A stretch of 62,725 nucleotides of DNA, filler included, from Nanobdellota archaeon (GTDB taxonomy: Archaea > Nanobdellota > Nanobdellia > B33-G15): assembly GCA_003660925.1 (NCBI GenBank). It is 3 parts of 3 records of this genome, joined end to end, with 100 filler letters (N's around TTAATTAATTAA, not from the genome) between each part and the next. Parts side by side here need not be neighbours in the genome. Positions count along the whole stretch, not along the records: positions 22,599 to 44,012 come from QMVD01000005.1; positions 44,113 to 62,725 come from QMVD01000008.1; 1 more part is not named here. The stretch is one strand, 5' to 3'. This document shows positions 36,651 to 45,635 of the stretch, piece after piece. Positions within the stretch are counted from its first letter, which is position 1, and each line of letters begins with the position of its first letter. The notes beneath the pieces were generated by a model. It had not been told where the DNA came from and searched no databases. It saw only the letters and a list, made by a program, of their open reading frames with translations. Made by a program: the position numbers and the translations under genes.

Positions 36651-38483
36651 TTAAGGGCCCTTTATAAGCGTTTTTATGGAACTCAAGGCGGATTTCAGGA
36701 AGGCATTCAAATACATCAAGATCTTCTCCAAGAGGTTAATGGATGGTCTGACGTTTAAGTACTTGATCTCGGAGAATGGGGTGTCATACCTGTCGTAGCA
36801 GTAGAAAACGATCCTCAGGGTGTTGTTCCCGGGAAGGAGGGAGAAGAGGGGGACGCTCACGTTTCCTGGGAGGACCTTTAAGGTCTCTAGGGGGGTTTCA
36901 ACCAAGAATTCCTGACGGGAGCACTCTCCGCTCGCGTTCAGGTAGAAACTCGCCCCTTTCCCGACCCGAATATTAGTTACCTCCAATCTCATCTCAGGAG
37001 GCTTCGCGAATATGAGGGGGAAGGATAAGTGAGTGGTGGCGTTCTCAAAGGTGATGGTCAACCTCGCCTCGAACTCGCCGTAATCGAACCTGGGGATGGT
37101 GATGCTCATGAATTTCTCTTGGCTTATCAGCAACTCGCCCAAGTGCTTGCTCACCTTGTGCCCTCCGTACTCCACTTCTGCCAAGGGCTTCAAGATTTGA
37201 TTCCCGGAGTTCTTCAGGGAGAAGGAGAGGACGTTTTCCTCCCCATAACATGGGTTCTCCTTAAGGGACCAGTTCAGGATGGTCATGGAGGGATTCATCG
37301 TCCCCTCCATCAGTAGGGGAAGGTAATAGGAAAGAGGTCTCCTCTCCCTTCTGTGGTCGACTGATATCTCTTCCTCAAAACTCCCTAGGGGGTCCACGTA
37401 GATCTGGAGGGTGAATTTGTAAGTGTATTCGTCGTCTAAATCCTTGACGTGGAAGAGGAATCTCTTGGTGCTGTTGCTCTTTGGCTCCAAGATGATGTAG
37501 TCCTCATAGCCGCCCCTGACCATCTCCAGGGCATCCTGCACCCTAGTGATGAAGATGGGGAGGATGGTGTAATCGTCAGTCGGATTGAAAACCGTGATGG
37601 TGGCGAGGAAGTAATCATCATCAGAGAGCTCCTTCCTATCCACTTCCGCCCAGAAGGGGAAATCCAAGTAAAGAGGTTCGCAAGAAGAATTCACTCGGAA
37701 GTTTACTGGTTCTCCTACTGAGCTCACATTCCCCCAGCCGTGCCATTCCATCCTTATGATGCCCTCTCCTCCATCCACCGCGTCGTAGAGCCTCACGTGG
37801 GTCGCGTCCAGGAGCCCGAACTCCCCGAAGGTGAGGTCCACTGGGATCCATTCCCCTGCAAAGAACTCGGCCCAAGCGTGAGGACCATATCTTTGGTCCT
37901 CATCGGAGTAAGCGAGCCCTGAGACATACCTGGCAGGGATTCCCACGCTCCTAGCCATGGCCAAGTAAAGGTTCGTGAACTCGCTACACACTCCTTTTCG
38001 ACTGTAGAAGGTCCAACTAGCATTCTTCGAGAGATGGGCATAACTCTTGTCGTACTCTATGTTCTCCCTCACCCATCTCGCTAGGCGTAACCCTGCCTCC
38101 AAAGTGCTCCCGCTCCCCTCCACGATCTCAGACGCCTTCTTCCGGATGTCCTCGTTTATGTCCGCGTACTTCGTGAAGTTCAGGTAGAAGGAGTAGTTGG
38201 GAGGGAATGGGACTAATTCTGAAAGGAGAACCAATCTCTTCTCCTGAAAGAGCTCACAACTCGTGCTCCAACTCTCGAAGTCCGAAGGAGGCTCGAAGTA
38301 GAGGTCTAAGGTCCCGTTGTCACAGGGGTTTGCCTTAATGGTCACTTTTAAGTCTTCTATCCTCCCCATCACCCTCAGAGTGCCATTAGCGAAGTAGTTT
38401 ATGTTGCAGATCCCTAACTCTATGGGGTGAGCAAAGGAAAGGGAAAGTAGGAACAAGAGTGCGAGGGCCAGGTATCTCCTCAT
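36651..38483 (-). CDS. Secreted/membrane-anchored transglutaminase-like protein with Ig-like domains
   Basis: Signal peptide, GVCSEF, GIPARYVSG, HAWAEF, WIPVD (Cys-His-Asp triad). Confidence 0.88.
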   Translation of the reverse strand: MRRYLALALLFLLSLSFAHPIELGICNINYFANGTLRVMGRIEDLKVTIKANPCDNGTLDLYFEPPSDFESWSTSCELFQEKRLVLLSELVPFPPNYSFYLNFTKYADINEDIRKKASEIVEGSGSTLEAGLRLARWVRENIEYDKSYAHLSKNASWTFYSRKGVCSEFTNLYLAMARSVGIPARYVSGLAYSDEDQRYGPHAWAEFFAGEWIPVDLTFGEFGLLDATHVRLYDAVDGGEGIIRMEWHGWGNVSSVGEPVNFRVNSSCEPLYLDFPFWAEVDRKELSDDDYFLATITVFNPTDDYTILPIFITRVQDALEMVRGGYEDYIILEPKSNSTKRFLFHVKDLDDEYTYKFTLQIYVDPLGSFEEEISVDHRRERRPLSYYLPLLMEGTMNPSMTILNWSLKENPCYGEENVLSFSLKNSGNQILKPLAEVEYGGHKVSKHLGELLISQEKFMSITIPRFDYGEFEARLTITFENATTHLSFPLIFAKPPEMRLEVTNIRVGKGASFYLNASGECSRQEFLVETPLETLKVLPGNVSVPLFSLLPGNNTLRIVFYCYDRYDTPFSEIKYLNVRPSINLLEKILMYLNAFLKSALSSIKTLIKGP

Positions 38484-38521
38484 GGATAAACTTAAAATGG
38501 GCTCCTTTTAAAACATCTACT

Positions 38522-39097
38522 ATGTATGACTTCGGCATATTCGGCGACTTCGATTTCGACCTGACGAAGTTGGGATTCAAGGGGGGAGTGTTCTTCAAGG
38601 ACGAGAGGAAAAGCATCGTCCCAGGACACCTCATAAAGGTGAGGGACAAGTTCGAGCTCAAGAAGTCCGTGAAGGGGAAGAAAGGGTTCATCCTCCTAGA
38701 AGGTGGGGATTATGATCTGAGGAGGTACGCCGTGGAGAAATGCCTCGTGGACGGCATCATCGGGATGGAAAAGTTAAAGGAAGGGATGGATGACGTCTTG
38801 GCCAAGAGGATGGCGGAGAGGAAGGTATCTTTGGTGATTAACTTGAGGGACTATACCAAGGCGAGGAGGAGGGAGGTCATCTTGGGGAGGATGATGCGCC
38901 ACGTGTTCCTCGCCAAGAAATTTAAGACGCCCATCATGTTGGTCAGCGGGGCGAGGAGGAAAGGGGAGTTGAAACATCCTTATGTCATGATATCTTTTGG
39001 AGTGATGCTGGGCCTGAACGTGAAGGAGGCGAGGGAAGCCTTAAGGATGGCCCAAGAGGGGATCATAAAAAGGTTTAAAAATGAGGCCAACGCTTAA
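38522..39097 (+). CDS. rnp3: RNase P protein subunit Rpp30
   Basis: RYAVE...VD, DDVLAK, LVSGA....LKHP. Directly upstream of Pop5. Confidence 0.85.
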   Translation: MYDFGIFGDFDFDLTKLGFKGGVFFKDERKSIVPGHLIKVRDKFELKKSVKGKKGFILLEGGDYDLRRYAVEKCLVDGIIGMEKLKEGMDDVLAKRMAERKVSLVINLRDYTKARRREVILGRMMRHVFLAKKFKTPIMLVSGARRKGELKHPYVMISFGVMLGLNVKEAREALRMAQEGIIKRFKNEANA

Positions 39098-39374
39098 GGA
39101 GAAAAAGAGGTACATCCTGATAAGGAGCATAGAGGGAGATGTGAAGTGGGAAGACATCAAAAAGGCCATCAGGGAGTTCTTGGGAGATGTGGGGTTGGCG
39201 GAAGCCAACCCAAAGGTGATGGAAAAGGGGAAGGGTTACATCATCTTGAGGGTGAGGCATGACATGGTGGATGAAGTGAGGGCTTCATTGGTGCTCTTGG
39301 ACGCCTTACTTTCAGTCCCAAGGGTGAGCGGAACAATTAAAAAGATAAGGGACTTCATTAAAGAGGGGAGATAG
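39081..39374 (+). CDS. rnp2: RNase P protein subunit Pop5
   Basis: PTLKEKKRYI, FLGDVG, VRASL, VSGTIKK. Confidence 0.92.
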   Translation: MRPTLKEKKRYILIRSIEGDVKWEDIKKAIREFLGDVGLAEANPKVMEKGKGYIILRVRHDMVDEVRASLVLLDALLSVPRVSGTIKKIRDFIKEGR

Positions 39375-39376
39375 AG

Positions 39377-40090
39377 ATGCCCGCATTGCCGAGCGATTTC
39401 ATGGGATACGACAGGGCGATAACAGTCTTCAGCCCTGATGGGAGGTTGCTTCAGGTAGAGTACGCTAGGAAGACCGTACAGCAAGGGACCCCTGCCTTAG
39501 GGATAACTTGTGTGGAAGGGGTGGTCTTGGTCGCGGATAAGAGGATCCTAGACAAGCTCATAGTCCCTGCTTCCGTGGAGAAGATCATGCAGATAGACGA
39601 GCACATAGGGGTTACCATGTCGGGATTGATCTCCGACGGGAGGATCCTGATAGAGAGGGCTCAGGAAGAGGCCCAGAGGCACAGGATTCTCTACGGGGAG
39701 CCCATAGACGTGCTCTCCATAGTGAGGAGCATAGGGGACTTCAAGCAGATGTACACTCAATACGCGGGGACGAGGCCCTTCGGGGTGAGCTTGTTGATAG
39801 GAGGGGTGGATAAGAGCCCCAGGCTGTTCGTGACCGAGCCGAGCGGCATATTCTTCGAATATAAGGCAACTGCCATAGGGAAAGGTGCGGAGGTGATAAA
39901 TAAGTTCTTAGAGTCTAAGTATAAGGAGGACATGCGAATGGAAGACGCGATAAAACTGGGGATAAAGGCCCTGAAGAAGGCATTGGGGGCCAAGTTCGAC
40001 GTGAATCGACTCGATGTGGCTGTCATCGCCATGAAGGATAAGAAGTTCAAGCGCATGAAGAGGGAAGATATAATCAAGTTCTCGAGGTAG
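39377..40090 (+). CDS. psmA: Proteasome alpha subunit
   Basis: [29 protein letters not shown]. Confidence 0.98.
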   Translation: MPALPSDFMGYDRAITVFSPDGRLLQVEYARKTVQQGTPALGITCVEGVVLVADKRILDKLIVPASVEKIMQIDEHIGVTMSGLISDGRILIERAQEEAQRHRILYGEPIDVLSIVRSIGDFKQMYTQYAGTRPFGVSLLIGGVDKSPRLFVTEPSGIFFEYKATAIGKGAEVINKFLESKYKEDMRMEDAIKLGIKALKKALGAKFDVNRLDVAVIAMKDKKFKRMKREDIIKFSR

Positions 40091-40094
40091 AGGT

Positions 40095-40784
40095 ATGGTA
40101 AGCGTAGAGGACGCTGTAATCGCCAAACTCAGGAAAGATGGGAAGGAGTTCCAGGTACTCGTGGATTGCGATTTGGCGATGAGGTTCAGGAAGGGGGAAC
40201 AAGTGGATATAAGTGACGTCCTCGCCGTGGAGAGGGTGTTCAAGGACGCAAGGAAGGGAGAGGCTGCCCCGGACCTGGAGAAGTATTTCGGGACGGATGA
40301 CGTCCTGAAGATAGCTGAGGAGATCATCAAGAAGGGGGAGATCCAGCTCACCGCCGAATACAGGAGGAGATTACTCGAGGAGAAGAGGAAGCAAATCATT
40401 TTCAAGATAAGCAGGTATGCGGTGGACCCAAAGACCAACACCCCCATCCCAGAGAAGAGGATAGAGTTGGCGATGGAACAAGCGAAGGTCCACATAGATC
40501 CGTTCAAGGGGGTGGAGGAGCAGACAAAGAACGTCTTAGAGGCCTTGAGGCCCATCATTCCCATAAAACTCTCCACGAAGAAGTTGAGGGTGATCATCCC
40601 CGCGAGATATGCCCCGAAGATATACGGGAAGGTCAAGGGATTCGGAGAAGTCTCTAAGGAAACGTGGCTGAATAATGGTGACTGGATGTGTGAGCTCGAG
40701 ATCCCTGCTGGGATCCTGGACGGCGTGCTCTCCGAATTGAATCAATTAACGAAAGGAGAGGTGGACGTGAGGGTGTTAGAATGA
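40095..40784 (+). CDS. Ribosome maturation factor SBDS/Sdo1
   Basis: AVIAKL...[27 protein letters not shown]. Confidence 0.95.
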   Translation: MVSVEDAVIAKLRKDGKEFQVLVDCDLAMRFRKGEQVDISDVLAVERVFKDARKGEAAPDLEKYFGTDDVLKIAEEIIKKGEIQLTAEYRRRLLEEKRKQIIFKISRYAVDPKTNTPIPEKRIELAMEQAKVHIDPFKGVEEQTKNVLEALRPIIPIKLSTKKLRVIIPARYAPKIYGKVKGFGEVSKETWLNNGDWMCELEIPAGILDGVLSELNQLTKGEVDVRVLE

Positions 40785-41467
40785 TATACGTGAAACCCAA
40801 GCAAATAGTGATACCTGGCGAGGTCTTGGGGGAAGGCATGGACATCATACCCGGAGAGGGGACCATAAGGGAAGGGAGGAAGATAATAGCGACGGTGGTC
40901 GGCCTAGCGGACATAAGCGGGAGGGTGTTGAAGATAATCCCGCTGGAGGGGCCCTACAATCCAAAACCAGGGCACGTGGTGATAGGTGAGGTGGTGGACA
41001 TAGGGTTCTCTGGATGGATAGTGAACATAGGCGGGCCCTACATGGCCAACTTGCCAGTGGGGGAGGCGGTTAAGGAGTACGTCGACCTCTTGAAGACCGA
41101 TTTGAGCAGATATTATGATCTGGGGGACAAGATCGTGGCCAAGGTGATAAGCGTGACCAGGTCGAAGAACGTCCAACTATCCATGAAAGGGCCTGGCTTG
41201 AGGAAATTAGAAGGCGGACACATAATTAAGATAACTAGCTACAAGGTTCCCAGGGTTATAGGGAAAGGTGGGAGCATGATCAAGCTCATAAAGGAGATGA
41301 CGAACACCGCCATCATAGTGGGGCAGAACGGTTGGATATGGATAAAAGGGAGCAGGAGGAAGGACGAGCTGAAGGCCATAAGGGCCATCTACACCATAGA
41401 GAAGGAGTCTCACACTTCAGGTCTTACTGACAAAATAAAACGCATGTTGGGTGATAAGAGTGTATGA
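40781..41467 (+). CDS. rrp4: Exosome RNA-binding subunit Rrp4
   Basis: VIPGE, S1 domain, KH domain [20 protein letters not shown]. Confidence 0.95.
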   Translation: MIYVKPKQIVIPGEVLGEGMDIIPGEGTIREGRKIIATVVGLADISGRVLKIIPLEGPYNPKPGHVVIGEVVDIGFSGWIVNIGGPYMANLPVGEAVKEYVDLLKTDLSRYYDLGDKIVAKVISVTRSKNVQLSMKGPGLRKLEGGHIIKITSYKVPRVIGKGGSMIKLIKEMTNTAIIVGQNGWIWIKGSRRKDELKAIRAIYTIEKESHTSGLTDKIKRMLGDKSV

Positions 41468-42155
41468 AAAGAGATTCGATGGGAGGAAATTCGATGAACT
41501 GAGGCCAGTGAAGATGAAGGTGGATGTGGTCCCATCCGCGGATGGTTCCGCGGTGGTGGAGATAGGTAACACCAAGGTGATCGCCTCTGTCTTCGGGCCT
41601 AAGCCCCTCCACCCGAAGCACCTACAAAATCCGGAGAAGGGGATCTTAAGGTGTTATTACGACATGATGAGCTTCTCCGTCCCTGAAAGGAAGAGGCCTG
41701 GACCGACGAGGAGGAGCATCGAGATAAGCATGGTGATGAAGAACGCTCTAGCGAGCACCTTGTTGTTGGAGGAGTTCCCGAAGGCAGTGGTGGACGTGTT
41801 CGTGGAGGTTTACGAGGCCAATGCCGGGACGAGGTGTGCCTCCATAACCGCTGCCTCTTTAGCTCTAGCGGATGCAGGGGTTCCCATGAGGGACCTAGTC
41901 TCAGCGGTGGCTGTCGGGAAGGTGGGTGGCATGATCGTGCTGGACTTGACCAAAGAGGAAGAAGATCATCCAGAGGGGGCGACGGACATCCCCATCGCGA
42001 TGGTGGGGAGGAGCGGAAAGATAACTGCCCTGCAATTGGATGGAGCCATAACTAAGGAGGAGTTGAAGAAGGCCTTGGAGCTCGGGAAGAAGGGATGTTC
42101 CATCCTTTACGAAATGCAAAGGAAGGCTCTCAAGGCGAAGTATGGGGTGAGGTGA
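41451..42155 (+). CDS. rrp41: Exosome catalytic subunit Rrp41
   Basis: RFDGRKFDELRP, ADGSA, RRSIEIS, AGTRCA, DLTKEEED. Confidence 0.95.
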   Translation: MIRVYEKRFDGRKFDELRPVKMKVDVVPSADGSAVVEIGNTKVIASVFGPKPLHPKHLQNPEKGILRCYYDMMSFSVPERKRPGPTRRSIEISMVMKNALASTLLLEEFPKAVVDVFVEVYEANAGTRCASITAASLALADAGVPMRDLVSAVAVGKVGGMIVLDLTKEEEDHPEGATDIPIAMVGRSGKITALQLDGAITKEELKKALELGKKGCSILYEMQRKALKAKYGVR

Positions 42156-42156
42156 G

Positions 42157-43473
42157 ATGGGGGTTAAGATAAGGGGGATATATTCCACCGCTATAAGCAA
42201 GATACTCCACGACAACGGGATCGAGGTGGTGAATCCCTCGGATTTGGTCAGGGAAAGGATGAAGATAGAGAACAGGGGAAAGGTGGACACCCTTATATAC
42301 GACAAAGAGGACCTGGATGGGATCATCATACACGGGAGGGAGAGCGAAAAGGTGTTAGAAGTCCTGAAGAAGGAGTTGGGAACCCTCTTCGTGAAGAAGC
42401 TGGAGACAGGGGATATCTACAGAGGGATCATAAAGAGAGTGGACATGAAGGACAAGGAGATCATCGTGGACCTGGGAGGAAGGGAAGGTCTGTTGTCCTT
42501 AAGGGATTATTGGGGATATTTGAAGGAGGGACAACCCGTTTTGGTCCAAGTTAAGGGGAGGAACAAGGACTTCTTCCTGCTCTCCTCTCACTTGAGGTTA
42601 TTTGGGGAGAACATGGTGCTGATCAAGGACGGCTTCACCAAGCCCAGCAAGCACATAAAGGACAGGGAGGAGATGGAGAGGTTGTTAGAGTTAAGTAAGG
42701 AAGCAAAGCTCAAGGGATGGGGGATCCTGTGGAAGGCCTTAGCGGAGGGGAAGAGCGATGAGGAGCTCCTCAAGGAGATGAGAGAGCTCATGGAAGAGGA
42801 AAAGAAGATAAAAGAGGAGTTCGAGAAGGGGAAGGAACCAGAGCTCCTAAAGAAGGGGTTCTGCATATACTTCGTGGACTTCCCCCTGGAGGTCAAGGAA
42901 AGGTTAGATGAGATCAGGGCCAAGGTCTCCCCCACCATAAAAGGGCATCACTTATTGAAGTCTGGGGGCTACATGATGCTGGCGGACTTCGCGGACAAGT
43001 TGGTGGGAGAGGTGAAGCCAGAGAAACTCGTGGAGGGGATAAAACAAGTGTTTGACCAGAACGTGAAGGAGGGCAACTTCTTCAAGATAATCAGGAAGAA
43101 GGTGGGAGGAGAGATGACGGTCTGGAAAGGTAAGATAGCTGAGAAGGGGAAGAGCCTAAAGGTCGTGAGGAGGCTCAGGCCAGGGAAGTACAATGACGTG
43201 GACATAGATCAAGGGGATTACGAGATCATCACCTTGAAGGAGAGGGAGGAGCACGTGGTCCATGAGTATTTCAATCAGAAGGGAGAGTTGAAGGCAAGGT
43301 TCTATTCGGTGAACACCCCAGTGGAGTTATTCCCGAGGTTCGCGAGGTACATCTACTTGGGGGTGGATGTTGTAGAAAAGGAAGGGAAGAAGGAAGTAAT
43401 CCAGCGCGTCCAGGAAATTCCAGAGGAGGTGAGGGGAAGGGCCATGAAGATAGCTGAGGGGTTGGTGAGGTAA
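42157..43473 (+). CDS. FAU-1/AubA-like RNase (RNase E/G-related, with S1 and DUF402-like domains)
   Basis: VKIRGIYSTAISK, S1 domain, SKHI, WGILW, LDEIR.KV.PTI.GHH.LKS, YSVNTPVE...YI.L.VDVV. Confidence 0.8.
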   Translation: MGVKIRGIYSTAISKILHDNGIEVVNPSDLVRERMKIENRGKVDTLIYDKEDLDGIIIHGRESEKVLEVLKKELGTLFVKKLETGDIYRGIIKRVDMKDKEIIVDLGGREGLLSLRDYWGYLKEGQPVLVQVKGRNKDFFLLSSHLRLFGENMVLIKDGFTKPSKHIKDREEMERLLELSKEAKLKGWGILWKALAEGKSDEELLKEMRELMEEEKKIKEEFEKGKEPELLKKGFCIYFVDFPLEVKERLDEIRAKVSPTIKGHHLLKSGGYMMLADFADKLVGEVKPEKLVEGIKQVFDQNVKEGNFFKIIRKKVGGEMTVWKGKIAEKGKSLKVVRRLRPGKYNDVDIDQGDYEIITLKEREEHVVHEYFNQKGELKARFYSVNTPVELFPRFARYIYLGVDVVEKEGKKEVIQRVQEIPEEVRGRAMKIAEGLVR

Positions 43474-44012
43474 ATGAACACGTCTCTGAAGAATTTCATC
43501 CTCGACTTGGCGAAGAAAGGCATGAGGATAGATGAAAGGGGCTTGAACGAGTTGAGGGAAGTGAAGGTGAGTTGCGGCGTCTCGAAAAACGCTGAGGGCT
43601 CGGCCAGGGTGAAATTGGGAAAGACAGAGGTCATGGTGGGGGTTAAAATGGACGTGGGAGAGCCCTTCGCGGACAGACCAGATGAGGGCATCCTCATAGT
43701 GAACGCCGAGCTATCCGCCCTAGCGAGCCCCGAGTTCGAGCCTGGTCCCCCAGGAGAGGAGGCCATCGAGCTCGCCAGGGTGGTGGACAGGGGGATAAGG
43801 GGAGCGAACATGATAGATTTAAAGAAACTTTTCATAGAGGAGGGGAAGGTTTGGTGCGTCTTCGTCGACATATACGTCATCAACCACGATGGCAACCTCA
43901 TAGATGCTGCTGCCTTGGGGGCTGTCGCCGCCCTGAAGGACGCCCGCTTCCCGAAGCTGGAGGAAGGGAAGGTGGTGTATGGAGAGAAGACCAAGAAGAA
44001 GCTCCCCATAAC
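43474..44012 (+). CDS. rrp42: Exosome subunit Rrp42 (3'-truncated)
   Basis: RIDER, AEGSARVKLG.T, FEPGPP...IELARVVDRGIR, HDGNLIDA. Confidence 0.95.
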
Positions 44013-44112
44013 NNNNNNNNNNNNNNNNNNNNNNNNNNNNNNNNNNNNNNNNNNNNTTAATTAATTAANNNNNNNNNNNNNNNNNNNNNNNNNNNNNNNN
44101 NNNNNNNNNNNN
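44013..44112. other. Artificial contig linker (N44-TTAATTAATTAA-N44)
   Basis: Same six-frame stop spacer as 22499-22598. Confidence 0.97.
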
Positions 44113-44355
44113 CCCAGTCCCGTTGCTCGCGTTGTACCAATAACCTGGGACGATGCCCGTGTACGTGAAATTGACCGGCGTGTTGTTTATGCCCGTGTTT
44201 ATGTACCTGCTTATTGTCAACTCAGCAGTTGTTTGCTCCGTCTTAGGTGCTGCAGCGAAGAAGACGAATGGATAGGGTTGTAAGAGGCCATATATGGCCA
44301 AGAAGGAAAATAGGAATACCACCACACCCACGATGTATTCGAAGCCTATCTTCAC
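44113..44355 (-). CDS. Putative surface-fibre subunit (truncated), paralogous to 45047..45598
   Basis: N-terminal TM, then TTAELTISRYINTGINNTPVNF..IVPG..Y.AS, aligning with SVTVKEFISVTL..YPINFPELNPG..QPAS. Confidence 0.6.
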
Positions 44356-45050
44356 CGCTTACGCCTCCTTTTAGGCTTGAATTTTAACATTCCTTTCGCA
44401 TATATAAGGATTGCGAGTGCTGCTAACACGACGACTAACACTATCCACGGCAGGTAAACGACGTACCAAGGGGCGGTGGATATCACCAACTCCTCATAGT
44501 ATTCCTGGGAAACCACTTGGAGGTTTACGTCAAGGGAGGTCGAGACCGCTGGGATCACGGTCCCGGGAGGGATAGTGAAGCAGTTCCCCTGAGCCGTCAG
44601 GGTGAACTTGTGAGTCTCCCAGAGGGTTGCATTTTCAGGGACTTCAATGTACATCTTCACCGTGGAAACAGGGATGTAGCCCTCCTTGCTAGGGTGTTTC
44701 ACGTAGTCCTCTCCAGCGGCTATGGTGGAAGGCTTGTAGGTAACCACGGGTCTCGGAGGGATCGCCAAGTTCTCGCTCGTAGTTATCAATACCCCAGAAA
44801 CGTTGTAGGTGGCCTCGTGGAGCTCCGGCTCTATCCAGTAATTCCAATCGACATCAGAAGTGACGCTTAACACAACGTGGGTCGGCCTGTCTCCGTACAA
44901 GTTATAAAGGTTCCAAGTTATTTCCACAGTCTGCCCTGGCATCGCCTGAGCGCTCGCTGAGAGGGGAGTGGCCCCCAAACTACAGCTCGCCTTAGTCACT
45001 GACAGGACTAATAAGAAAAGTCCAACCAGTGAAAAAATCTTTTTAATCAT
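44352..45050 (-). CDS. Secreted Ig-like protein with C-terminal TM anchor and basic tail
   Basis: Signal peptide MIKKIFSLVGLFLL, AMPGQTVEITWNLYN, C-terminal TM plus KPKRRRKR. Coupled by ATGA/GTGA overlaps on both sides. Confidence 0.75.
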   Translation of the reverse strand: MIKKIFSLVGLFLLVLSVTKASCSLGATPLSASAQAMPGQTVEITWNLYNLYGDRPTHVVLSVTSDVDWNYWIEPELHEATYNVSGVLITTSENLAIPPRPVVTYKPSTIAAGEDYVKHPSKEGYIPVSTVKMYIEVPENATLWETHKFTLTAQGNCFTIPPGTVIPAVSTSLDVNLQVVSQEYYEELVISTAPWYVVYLPWIVLVVVLAALAILIYAKGMLKFKPKRRRKR

Positions 45051-45598
45051 CCCGTGCTCTTCACCACTTTTATCGTTATGTTGGCTTGGTATGGGCCCGC
45101 TATCTGGCCAGCTGGGACGGATATGTAATACCATATGCTCCTATTGTGCTCGGTCCCGCAGGGGCAATCCTGCCACTCGTATGCCTTCTTATCCACGTTC
45201 AACTGAAGGGGGGTCAATGTCGTTATGTTGGTGGAATTAAAGGACATATTCCCGATGAGGAAGGAATGTCCCGCAGCTGTCCCGCTCCCCACGAAGTTAG
45301 AAGTCGCGTTTATGGTTATGTTATAGCCCACATTCGTCTCAGCACCGATGGTGAGATTGGAAGGGTTGGTGGAGGCTGGCTGATTGCTCGTGCCCGGGTT
45401 TAACTCTGGGAAGTTAATGGGATAACCCTCTTGTAGTGTGACTGAGATGAACTCCTTAACAGTTACGGAAGCGTTCGTGGAGGCCGTCTGAACGAGCATG
45501 CCAGTTATGATGCTTTCCCTCACTTGACTTGAGATGAACCAAGCACCGGCGAGGACGAGGAATATAAGAGCATAAGTTATGAGACTTTCAGCATCCAT
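45047..45598 (-). CDS. Putative major surface-fibre/pilin-like subunit
   Basis: N-terminal TM followed by ITG, an all-beta Asn/Thr-rich domain, and C-terminal WYYISVPAGQIAGPYQANITIKV. Has its own TATA-like element. Confidence 0.7.
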   Translation of the reverse strand: MDAESLITYALIFLVLAGAWFISSQVRESIITGMLVQTASTNASVTVKEFISVTLQEGYPINFPELNPGTSNQPASTNPSNLTIGAETNVGYNITINATSNFVGSGTAAGHSFLIGNMSFNSTNITTLTPLQLNVDKKAYEWQDCPCGTEHNRSIWYYISVPAGQIAGPYQANITIKVVKSTG

Positions 45599-45635
45599 GT
45601 TTACTTCCTATGATTTTTACTATTTAAAAGTTTTC

